Of a DNA stretch of 64,000 nucleotides, positions 33,199-44,187 are shown one piece after another; position 1 is the first letter of the stretch, and each line of letters starts with the position of its first letter. This DNA comes from Acidobacteriota bacterium (GTDB lineage: Bacteria; Acidobacteriota; UBA890; WLXD01): contig CBDFKD010000002.1 of assembly GCA_965248695.1 (NCBI GenBank), forward strand, positions 2,208,001-2,272,000. Direction: 5' to 3'. Position numbers and translations under genes: made by a program. The notes under the pieces were generated by a model. That model saw only the letters and a list, made by a program, of their open reading frames with translations, was not told the DNA's origin and did no database searches.

Positions 33199-33450
33199 AT
33201 GCCTAAACGGTCAAGCAGCTCTGAAGATCCTAACATCTTGGCCGCTCGCATCGTCGCCCAGACGACAGCCGAGCCTTTGTCCGACGAAGACGCTCGGAAG
33301 CTCGCCGCACGGCTGCTGGGCCGCCGGGGCGGCCTCAAAGGCGGACCCGCACGCGCCAAGAGCTTGTCTGCGAAGCGCCGGAGCGCGATAGCCAAGCAAG
33401 CCGCGAAGGCTCGCTGGAAGAAGCACAAACCCGCCGCCGGCGACGCCTGA
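33199..33450 (+). CDS. Small basic KGG-motif protein at the transposon end
   Basis: MPKRSS...DPNILAARIV...LGRRGGLKGGPARAKSLSAKRRSAIAKQAAKARW; ends 42 bp before the right TIR. Confidence 0.8.
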   Translation: MPKRSSSSEDPNILAARIVAQTTAEPLSDEDARKLAARLLGRRGGLKGGPARAKSLSAKRRSAIAKQAAKARWKKHKPAAGDA

Positions 33451-33670
33451 CTACTAGCAGCTCGATCCATCTTCTTGGATCGACGGTTTTTCAAACTGAC
33501 CCACTACCCGACTGCGGCCCCAGCGGGTCCGGTCGGGCGACACGGTGGCGCAGCGGCTGGACCACTCCCGATGGCGCACGTAGCCGCTAGGCGTGCCGGC
33601 GCCAACTCGCTACCGCGGTTTTCGTGTCTTGTTTGCCTTCTTTCGGTGCTTTTTTCCCCGCGGCTGGCCA

Positions 33671-33701
33671 TTGTACAGCGTCACTTTTTCTGTGCTATAT
33701 T
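33671..33701 (+). promoter_or_regulatory. Putative dnaA promoter
   Basis: Extended -10 TGcTATATT (33693-33701) with TTGTAC upstream. Confidence 0.45.
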
Positions 33702-33793
33702 CCCGCATCTTGCGGCGCGGACTTCAGCCTCCCAGGCCTACGCGCGCGAGGCTCTTGTAGCGTAAACGTCCATGATCGCTACGTTTTTAGTGT

Positions 33794-33825
33794 TTTTTCA
33801 CAGGTGTGGATAAGTCTGTGAAAAT
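33794..33825. promoter_or_regulatory. DnaA-box cluster upstream of dnaA
   Basis: Perfect TGTGGATAA at 33805-33813 flanked by degenerate TTTTTCACA (33794-33802) and TGTGAAAAT (33817-33825). Confidence 0.8.
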
Positions 33826-33891
33826 TCGCGGGGTGGGCAGCGCCGCCGTCCGCCGTCCGCGACACCGGTGCCTGGCGGACTCGAGGGCGGG

Positions 33892-35244
33892 ATGGACACC
33901 TGGGCGCGAATCCTCTCGCGTATTGAGAACAAGCTCGACCCACAGACCTTCGAGACCTGGTTCCGGCCCACGGCGCTTCTCCGCGAGCAAGACGGTGGGC
34001 TCGATGTCGCCGTTCCGAATGAGGTCTTCAGGGACTGGTTGACACAGAAATACGCCACGCTGATCCGGGAGTCCCTGGAGGAGTTCCCGGGAGCCCCGAC
34101 CGATATTCGCTTCTTCGTCGCCGGGCTGGAGGCTGGTTCGTCGCCCGGCGAACCATCGCCGGAGACCTCCAGCGACAATCGTCTAGGCACCGATCCCCGG
34201 CCTGCGGTAGCCAGCGACCGGCCTGCCACCCTGAATCCGAAATACACCTTTGAGTCTTTTGTGGTCGGCGCCTCGAACCAGTTTGCCAACGCCGCCGCCC
34301 GTGCTGTTGCCGAGCGCCCATCGTTGTCGTACAACCCGCTCTTCATCTATGGCGGTGTCGGGATGGGCAAGACTCATCTCATGCTTGCCATCGGGCATCA
34401 CATTCGGCGGGTGCAGCCGGAACTGAAGATCGTCTACCTGTCATCTGAACGCTTCATGAACGAGCTCATCAACTCGATCCGATACGACCGGACGCACGAG
34501 TTTCGCGTTCGCTATCGCAATATTGACGTCTTGCTCATGGACGACATCCAGTTCCTGGCGGGAAAGGAGCGCACCCAGGAGGAGTTTTTCCACACGTTCA
34601 ACGCCCTCCATGAGGAACAGCGCCAGATCGTCGTTACGAGCGACGCGCCGCCGAAGGAGATTCCCACCCTCGAGGAGCGCCTGCGCTCGCGATTCGAGTG
34701 GGGCCTCCTTGCAGACATCCAGCCTCCGGACCTAGAGACCAAGATCGCCATTCTGAAGAAGAAGGCTGAGGCCGAGTCTCCTGCCCTGTTAATCGCCGAT
34801 GACGTGCTGCTTTACGTCGCAACACACAGCAAATCGAATATCCGCGAGCTCGAGGGAGCCCTCATCCGACTCCTGGCTTTTGCGTCCCTTACTGGCGAGG
34901 AGATTACCGTCGAGCTGGCCCGGCGCGTGTTGAAAGACACCCTCAAGACGGAACCGCGCGTCATCACCATCGAGAGCATTCAACAGCGGGTTTCGGAATA
35001 CTACGGGCTGCGCGCAGGGGAGCTAAACTCGCGCAGCAATGCCCGGCGCGTAACCAGGCCTAGACAGGTCGCCATGTACCTGTCGAAGAAGCTGACGCAC
35101 CATTCCTACCCTGCGATCGGCCAAGCTTTCGGGGGAAAACACCACAGCACGGTTATCCATTCAGTGCGCAAGGTTCAAGCCGACATGTCCGGCGACGAGG
35201 ACCTCGAACGCGGGGTCGCCGGGCTGCTTGACTCGTTTCAGTAG
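33892..35244 (+). CDS. dnaA: Chromosomal replication initiator
   Basis: LNPKYTFESFV, YNPLFIYGGVGMGKTHL, DDIQFL, FGGKHHSTVIH. Confidence 0.99.
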   Translation: MDTWARILSRIENKLDPQTFETWFRPTALLREQDGGLDVAVPNEVFRDWLTQKYATLIRESLEEFPGAPTDIRFFVAGLEAGSSPGEPSPETSSDNRLGTDPRPAVASDRPATLNPKYTFESFVVGASNQFANAAARAVAERPSLSYNPLFIYGGVGMGKTHLMLAIGHHIRRVQPELKIVYLSSERFMNELINSIRYDRTHEFRVRYRNIDVLLMDDIQFLAGKERTQEEFFHTFNALHEEQRQIVVTSDAPPKEIPTLEERLRSRFEWGLLADIQPPDLETKIAILKKKAEAESPALLIADDVLLYVATHSKSNIRELEGALIRLLAFASLTGEEITVELARRVLKDTLKTEPRVITIESIQQRVSEYYGLRAGELNSRSNARRVTRPRQVAMYLSKKLTHHSYPAIGQAFGGKHHSTVIHSVRKVQADMSGDEDLERGVAGLLDSFQ

Positions 35245-35462
35245 ACGGGTTTTCAACAGAGCAGGGGACAATAGAGCTGTTAGCGTTCAGTGGACCATGG
35301 GTTCACCCGGCCCATCCGCATGGTTACGGCTTATGATCCGCCGCTGCCTACGGTTCGTAACGTACTGAAAACAAACACGTTTCTGGAATACTAACAGCGT
35401 CAACAAGGCCTACTACTAATACGATAAACAGGCCCTAAAGAAGAATAGGAGAAGACTAGGAA
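35245..35462. other. oriC: Putative oriC unwinding region (dnaA-dnaN intergenic)
   Basis: AT-rich; degenerate boxes about 35388-35405, then GGCC clamp (35407-35410) and DnaA-trio-like TACTACTAATACGAT (35411-35425). Confidence 0.7.
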
Positions 35463-36569
35463 ATGAAGTTCACGGTCCAGAGGGACGCACTCGAACAAGA
35501 GTTGCAGGTCCTCCAGGGCATTGCCGAGAAACGCAAGACCATTCCGATCCTCTCTCACATTCTCATCTCGGCACACGAGGACCATCTTTCCCTCGTCGCG
35601 ACCGATCTAGAAGTGAGCCTGAGCACACGCTGTCCGGCCATGACCTCAGATCCGGGGGGAACGACGGTCAGCTCGAAGAAGCTGTACGAAGTGGTCCGAT
35701 CGCTGCCTGCCGTCGAGATACATATGAGCTCGGATGCAGACGAGTGGCTAGAGATCCGCTCCGGAGACTCCTACTTCCGACTCGTGTCTTTGCCGACGAC
35801 GGATTTCCCCGAGGTTCCGGGTAGCAACTTCGACTCGGCGGCAGAGATCCCACACGCATTATTTCGCGAGATGATCCGCCGCACCTTGTTCGCCGTCACG
35901 AAGGAGGATGTCCGGTATTCGCTCAACGGGGCGCTGCTCGAGATCGGAGGCGGGAAAGTACGGATGGTGGCAACCGATGCCCACCGCCTGGCCATGGTCG
36001 AGCACGACGATGCCGACCTCGGCACGCAAACGGAAGTGCGCGCCATCATCCCGAAGAAGGCCCTGGCAGAGATCCGCGATCTGGGCGAGCCGGAGACGAT
36101 GCTCTTCGCACAAGACGAGCATCATCTCCACTTCCAGATCGAACACCGAGTGCTGTCCGCGCGCGTCATCGAGGGCCAGTTTCCTGCTTACGAGAAGGTC
36201 ATTCCGCAAGAGAACCCGGCCTGCGTCATCTTCGCCAGCGACGCGATGGGAGAGGCTATTCGTCGCGTCAGCCTATTGTCTTCCGAGCGCTCCAAAGCGG
36301 TCAAATTCACCTTCACCAGCGGAACGGCGACGATCGTCTCGAGCAACCCGGAATTGGGCGAAGCGCGAGAGTCCGTGCCCGTCCAATACGAGGGTGACGA
36401 GCTGACGGTCAGCTTTAACGCCCAGTATATTCTCGACTTCTTGGCGGTGGCCGCCAGCAACGAAATCGAGGCCCATCTACGCGACGACTCGAGCCAGGGA
36501 TTGATGTCGCCCGCCGCAGCTGAAGACGGTCCGACGTACCAGTACGTCATCATGCCGATGCGTCTCTAA
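35463..36569 (+). CDS. dnaN: DNA polymerase III beta clamp
   Basis: TIPILSH, ATDLE, VATDAHRLA, GQFPAYEKVIP, YVIMPMRL. Confidence 0.98.
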   Translation: MKFTVQRDALEQELQVLQGIAEKRKTIPILSHILISAHEDHLSLVATDLEVSLSTRCPAMTSDPGGTTVSSKKLYEVVRSLPAVEIHMSSDADEWLEIRSGDSYFRLVSLPTTDFPEVPGSNFDSAAEIPHALFREMIRRTLFAVTKEDVRYSLNGALLEIGGGKVRMVATDAHRLAMVEHDDADLGTQTEVRAIIPKKALAEIRDLGEPETMLFAQDEHHLHFQIEHRVLSARVIEGQFPAYEKVIPQENPACVIFASDAMGEAIRRVSLLSSERSKAVKFTFTSGTATIVSSNPELGEARESVPVQYEGDELTVSFNAQYILDFLAVAASNEIEAHLRDDSSQGLMSPAAAEDGPTYQYVIMPMRL

Positions 36570-36654
36570 CAGGTTCTCCATAAGTAATTATAAACAAACA
36601 ACTTATACAGAAACCTCTCGCCCTCCACGGCTATCCATTCCGGGCGAAAAAGAG

Positions 36655-36660
36655 TATAAT
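36655..36660 (+). promoter_or_regulatory. -10 box upstream of gyrB
   Basis: TATAAT after an AT-rich tract, about 230 nt before the gyrB start. Confidence 0.5.
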
Positions 36661-36754
36661 TCCAGTGTGCCGAGCGAAACGCATCGTGCGCCTGGAAAAC
36701 GCCGAGGTTTCGATCCTGTTCGAGCCTCGGGTGGGCGAAACTGAGCGCATGTAG

Positions 36755-39319
<2,565 letters not shown>

Positions 39320-39374
39320 CGGCAGCGCGGCAGGCTTCAGGCCCCGCGAGTCGGCGTAGACACCCGGAGAGACG

Positions 39375-41852
39375 ATGGACGTAATCGAACACAAGATGCC
39401 CGTCCCGGTAGAGGACGAGGTTCGTCGGTCGTATCTCGACTACGCCATGAGCGTCATCGTCGGCCGCGCGCTCCCCGACGTGCGCGACGGGCTCAAGCCG
39501 GTGCACCGGCGAGTCCTGTTCGCCATGCAGCAGCTGAACAACGGCTGGAACCAGGCGTACAAAAAGAGCGCCCGCATCGTCGGTGACGTGATCGGGAAGT
39601 ACCACCCGCACGGCGACCAGGCCGTCTACGACTCGATCGTCCGCATGGCGCAGGATTTCGCCATGCGCCACATGCTCGTTGACGGGCAGGGAAACTTCGG
39701 CTCCCTGGACGGAGACCCGCCGGCGGCGATGCGGTACACCGAGGTCCGCATGACCAGGCTGGCCTCAGAGTTGCTGGCGGACATCGACAAAGAAACGGTC
39801 GATTTCAGCGCCAACTACGATGACTCTCTCGAGGAGCCCAAGGTTCTGCCCGCGAAGTTCCCGGCGCTGCTGGTGAACGGCTCCTCGGGCATCGCGGTGG
39901 GAATGGCGACCAATATCCCACCCCACAATCTCGGCGAGATCGTCGACGCCACGGTGGCGCTGATCCGCAACCCCGAGATCTCCGTGATGGATCTCATGCA
40001 GCATGTCCGGGGCCCCGATTTCCCCACCGCCGGGATCATCTACGGTGCCGGCGGCATCGTCGAGGCCTACCGTAGCGGTCGCGGCATCATCCGCGTCAGG
40101 GCGCGCGCCGACATCGAGCGCGCAGCTTCGAGCCGTGAGCGGGACCGGGTCGTCCTCACCGAGGTGCCGTATCAGGTAAACAAGGCGCGCCTGATCGAGC
40201 AGATTGCCGGGCTGGTGAAGAACAAGAAGCTCGAGGGAATCGCCGACCTGCGTGATGAGAGCAGTCGCGAAGGCGTGCGCGTCGTCATCGAGCTACGCAA
40301 GGGCGAGGAGCCCGACGTCATCCTGAACAACCTGTACAGCCAGACAGCGATGACGAGCACCTTTGGCATCATCATGCTGGCGATTCGAGATGGCGCGCCG
40401 GAGGTGATGACCCTCAAGGAAATGCTCGGGGCGTTCGTCGCTCACCGCCGCGAGGTAATCACCCGCCGGACGCTCTTCGATCTGAAACGCGCTGAGGCGC
40501 GGGCGCACATTCTCGAGGGGCTCAAGATCGCGCTCGATCACCTCGACGAGATCATCGCGCTGATTCGCGGCTCGAAGAATGCGGAGATTGCCCGCGCCGG
40601 CATGGTCAAGCGGTTCTCGATGTCCGAGACCCAGGCTCAGGCCGTTCTGGATATGCGCCTGCAACGGCTGACCGGCCTCGAGCGTCAGAAGATCATCGAC
40701 GATCTGAAAGAGACCTTGGCCGTTATCGAGGGCCTGGAAGACATCCTCGCTTCGGAACGAAGAATTCTCGACATCATCGTTACCGAGCTCGAGGAGATCA
40801 AAGCTGCCTACAGCGACCCTCGGCGTACGGAGATCGTCAACGACGCGCGCGACTTCACCGTCGAGGACCTGATTGCCGAAGAAGACATGGTGGTGACATG
40901 CAGCCACGCCGGCTACGTCAAGCGAACCCCGCTCAGCCTCTACCGTCAGCAGCGGCGTGGAGGCAAGGGACGCATCGGCGCGGTCACCAAAGAGGGTGAT
41001 TTCGTCGAACACCTGTTCGTCGCATCGACGCACGCTTACGTCATGGTGTTCACCGAGTTCGGCATGGCGTATTGGTTGAAGGTCTACAACCTGCCGCAAG
41101 GCGGGCCGGCGACGCGTGGCAAGGCCATCGTCAACTTGCTGCCGCGTCTCGACAAAGGCGACTCCGCGGCAGCGATTCTGCCAGTGGCGGAATTCGAACC
41201 GGGCAAGCACATACTGTTCGCCACTGAGCAGGGGCTGGTGAAGAAGACCGAGTTGACCGCCTTCTCGCATCCCAAAATCACGGGAATCATCGCCATCAAG
41301 ATCCAGGAAGGCGACCGTCTTCTGGCCGCCAAGATCACCGACGGCGATCAGGACATCATCATCGGCACCTACCAGGGCAAGGCGATCCGTTTCTCGGAAG
41401 GAGACGCCCGCCCCATGGGCCGCAGCACGATGGGCGTCAAGGGTATCCAGTTGTCCGAGGGTGACATCGTCGTCGGCGCCGATACCGTTCGCGGCAACGT
41501 CGGCACGATCTTGTCAGTCACCGAGCACGGCTACGGCAAGCGCACTGCAGTGAGCCAGTATCGCCGGCAGCGGCGTGGCGGGATGGGCCTGATCGACATC
41601 AAGACGTCGCCGCGCAACGGGCCGGTTGTGGGGCAGCGGGTGGTCTCGGGTGATGACGACGTCATGTTGATCAGCCAGGGCGGCAAGCTCATCCGGATTC
41701 CGACCGCCGGAGTCAAGGAGCAGGGGCGCAACACGCAGGGCGTCAAGGTCATCGATCTCGGGGACGACGACCGCGTCGTGGCGGTGGCGCGCCTGGCTGA
41801 GTCCGAGACCACCGAAGCCACCGAAGCCACCGAGGCCACCGACGAGGAATAA
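39375..41852 (+). CDS. gyrA: DNA gyrase subunit A
   Basis: [23 protein letters not shown], GyrA-box QRRGGKG. Confidence 0.99.
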   Translation: MDVIEHKMPVPVEDEVRRSYLDYAMSVIVGRALPDVRDGLKPVHRRVLFAMQQLNNGWNQAYKKSARIVGDVIGKYHPHGDQAVYDSIVRMAQDFAMRHMLVDGQGNFGSLDGDPPAAMRYTEVRMTRLASELLADIDKETVDFSANYDDSLEEPKVLPAKFPALLVNGSSGIAVGMATNIPPHNLGEIVDATVALIRNPEISVMDLMQHVRGPDFPTAGIIYGAGGIVEAYRSGRGIIRVRARADIERAASSRERDRVVLTEVPYQVNKARLIEQIAGLVKNKKLEGIADLRDESSREGVRVVIELRKGEEPDVILNNLYSQTAMTSTFGIIMLAIRDGAPEVMTLKEMLGAFVAHRREVITRRTLFDLKRAEARAHILEGLKIALDHLDEIIALIRGSKNAEIARAGMVKRFSMSETQAQAVLDMRLQRLTGLERQKIIDDLKETLAVIEGLEDILASERRILDIIVTELEEIKAAYSDPRRTEIVNDARDFTVEDLIAEEDMVVTCSHAGYVKRTPLSLYRQQRRGGKGRIGAVTKEGDFVEHLFVASTHAYVMVFTEFGMAYWLKVYNLPQGGPATRGKAIVNLLPRLDKGDSAAAILPVAEFEPGKHILFATEQGLVKKTELTAFSHPKITGIIAIKIQEGDRLLAAKITDGDQDIIIGTYQGKAIRFSEGDARPMGRSTMGVKGIQLSEGDIVVGADTVRGNVGTILSVTEHGYGKRTAVSQYRRQRRGGMGLIDIKTSPRNGPVVGQRVVSGDDDVMLISQGGKLIRIPTAGVKEQGRNTQGVKVIDLGDDDRVVAVARLAESETTEATEATEATDEE
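41811..41843 (+). repeat. 9-bp tandem repeat (ACCGAAGCC) encoding the acidic TEA tail of GyrA
   Basis: accgaagcc accgaagcc accgaggcc accgac. Confidence 0.7.
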
Positions 41853-41871
41853 TTGCGCCCAGGCCTGCCGG

Positions 41872-44142
41872 CTACGCTAGCAGTTGAAGCTTGGCGTACT
41901 TGGCGATCAGCTGTTTGGTGCCGGCGCGCGCGAAGGCTACGGTCAGCTTCAGCGAATCGCCGCTCCCCTGCGTCCCGGTGATCCTGCCGGCGCCAAACAT
42001 CGGATGGAAGATCGACACCCCTTCGACCAGACGCTCGCTCGATGCCGGGATGCCGGAGCCGCGCGCGTCAGGATCGACGGGTGGTCGCTTTCGGCGGGCG
42101 CCGCGCCGCCCGGCGCCAGAGTGTCTCGCCCGCCGGGTACGATCCGGTGTCGCACGGCGGCCGCGCTGCTGTGAGATCTCGACCACAGCCTGCGGCTCCT
42201 CGTGCGCCACGACCAGGCCCGGATCGATCTCGCTGATGAATCGGGACGGCAGCTGGAACCGCTCACGGCCGTGGACGCGGCGCATGCGGGCGGTGCTCAG
42301 GAACAGCTCTTGGCGCGCCCGCGTCATGGCGACATAGGCCAGCCTACGCTCTTCTTCGACCTGTCCACCGTCGATCGCGGAGCGCATCGGAAACAGACCT
42401 TCCTCGAGCCCGGCAACGAACACGTGTGCGAACTCCAGGCCTTTGGCGGAGTGCACCGTCATCAACGCCACTCCCGCGGTACCGCGGGTGGTATCGGCGT
42501 CGGAGATCAACGCAGTGCGATCCAGAAACGTCCCGGCCGACCTGCCGGCAGGCTCTTCATCGCCGGCGAGCTCGACCGCCGAGGCGATCAACTCGTCGAC
42601 GTGAGCGAGCCGTTCCTCCCCATCCTCGCGACTTCGAAGCAGCGCACGGTAGCCGCTTCGTTCCAGCAGCAGCTCAAGGAGCTCTCCTAGCGGTGTGTCG
42701 TCAATGCGCCGGCGCAGATCCGCGATCAGCTGGCCAAAGACGACCAGGCCACCGACTGCACGGCCGCGGCACCCGAGGACGCGGAGCCGTTCCTCCGGGT
42801 CCGCGGCTTGAACCGCCTCCAGCAACGCGGCGACCGAGGAACCGTCGTTGGCCGCCAGCGCCTCGATGTTGGCCGGACCGACGCCACGTGACGGCGTTGC
42901 CACGGCGCGCGCGAAGGCCGCGTCGTCGTCGGCTACGAGCAGGCGCAGATAGGCGAGCAAGTCTTTGACCTCGGCGCGGCGGAAGAACGTCTGGCCACCG
43001 AGAACGCGGAACGGAATCCCCCTCCCCGCGAGCTCCTCTTCGAAGGGTCGAGACTGTGCGTTCGTGCGATACAGAATCGCCATGGCGTCAGGCGCCACAT
43101 TCGCGGCAATCGCTGCAGCGATGTGTTTCGCGATCCAGACCGCCTCGCTGCGCTCCGTGGCGCAGAGCATGTAGGTGGGCTTGCTGTCGCCCGGATTCTC
43201 GGTCCAGAGCTTCTTTCCGAGGCGCTCGCTGTTACGAGCGACCAGTGATCCGGCGGCGGCGAGAATCGGCTGCGTCGAACGATAGTTTTGCTCCAGCCGC
43301 ACGATGGTGGCGTCCGGGAAGTCGTCGCGAAACTCGAGCACGTTGGCAATATCGGCGCCGCGCCACCGGTAGATCGACTGGTCCTCATCGCCTACTACCA
43401 TGAGCGATCCGCCGTCATCGCGCAGCGCGCTCACGAGCCGGTATTGCGTCCGGTTGGTGTCCTGGTACTCGTCGATGAGCAGGTGTCGAAAACGCGTCGG
43501 GTCGGCGGCGACGCTACCGGCACCTATCAAGCGCAGCGGCAGCGCCAGCAGATCATCGAAGTCGACAGCGTTATCGGTGCGCATGTCGGCGCGGTACCTC
43601 TCGTAGATCCGTGCCGCCGCACGCTGCTCCGACGAGCGTCCCGGGCTGTCCCAGGCCCGCGGATCCTCCAGCTGATTCCGCGCGCGGCTGCACATCTCGT
43701 ACAGCATGGCCGGCCGCATCTCGCTCGCATCAACACGCGCGGCGGCCTGGCACCGTCGCCAGACCGCCAGCGAATCGCCGCGATCGTAGACCGCGAACCC
43801 GCGGCGTGGGGCGCCGTCGGCGCCAGCGGCGTCGCGCAGGATGCGCAATCCGAGAGCGTGGAACGTGAGCACCCAAACATCCGCCGCAGTCGCTCCCGCC
43901 AGCTGCTGGAGCCGTGTGCGCATCTCGCCGGCGGCCTTGTTGGTGAACGTCACGGCACATATAGAGGAAGCCGGAGCGATGCCCTCGGCAAGCAGCCAGG
44001 CAATGCGATACGTGATGACGCGCGTCTTGCCCGAGCCGGCGCCAGCAAGCACAAGGCACGGACCGCCATCGTGGGTGACGGCGCGGTGCTGCTCGGCGTT
44101 GAGGTTGCCGGATAGGTCGGCGCGCAGATCGTGCTGATTCAC
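41872..44142 (-). CDS. pcrA: UvrD/PcrA DNA helicase
   Basis: LAGAGSGKT, DEYQDTN, GDEDQSIYRWRGA, HSAKGLEF, EERRLAYVAMTRA; C-terminal Tudor-like HPMFG.G. Confidence 0.95.
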   Translation of the reverse strand: MNQHDLRADLSGNLNAEQHRAVTHDGGPCLVLAGAGSGKTRVITYRIAWLLAEGIAPASSICAVTFTNKAAGEMRTRLQQLAGATAADVWVLTFHALGLRILRDAAGADGAPRRGFAVYDRGDSLAVWRRCQAAARVDASEMRPAMLYEMCSRARNQLEDPRAWDSPGRSSEQRAAARIYERYRADMRTDNAVDFDDLLALPLRLIGAGSVAADPTRFRHLLIDEYQDTNRTQYRLVSALRDDGGSLMVVGDEDQSIYRWRGADIANVLEFRDDFPDATIVRLEQNYRSTQPILAAAGSLVARNSERLGKKLWTENPGDSKPTYMLCATERSEAVWIAKHIAAAIAANVAPDAMAILYRTNAQSRPFEEELAGRGIPFRVLGGQTFFRRAEVKDLLAYLRLLVADDDAAFARAVATPSRGVGPANIEALAANDGSSVAALLEAVQAADPEERLRVLGCRGRAVGGLVVFGQLIADLRRRIDDTPLGELLELLLERSGYRALLRSREDGEERLAHVDELIASAVELAGDEEPAGRSAGTFLDRTALISDADTTRGTAGVALMTVHSAKGLEFAHVFVAGLEEGLFPMRSAIDGGQVEEERRLAYVAMTRARQELFLSTARMRRVHGRERFQLPSRFISEIDPGLVVAHEEPQAVVEISQQRGRRATPDRTRRARHSGAGRRGARRKRPPVDPDARGSGIPASSERLVEGVSIFHPMFGAGRITGTQGSGDSLKLTVAFARAGTKQLIAKYAKLQLLA

Positions 44143-44187
44143 GATAGGTGATCCCGTGCCGTCGCCGCCTGGCCGCCCGTCGATCGG

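Larger units (their letters stand above)
30349..33508. mobile_element. IS1-like cargo-carrying transposon (3160 bp)
   Basis: TIR GGTAGTGGGTCAGTTT at 30349-30364 and its reverse complement at 33493-33508; 8-bp direct repeat CGACTGCG at 30341-30348 and 33509-33516; internal DDE transposase; visibly more AT-rich than flanks. Confidence 0.93.

Noticed and set aside
33120-33494. N-terminal extension of ORF 32595..33494
   Set aside because: Antisense to the KGG protein; the DUF3800 motif starts at MADHILFVDDSG (33119).
41811-41843. Tandem repeat at the gyrA 3' end as a contingency locus
   Set aside because: In-frame 9-mer in the ordinarily variable acidic tail; of little significance.
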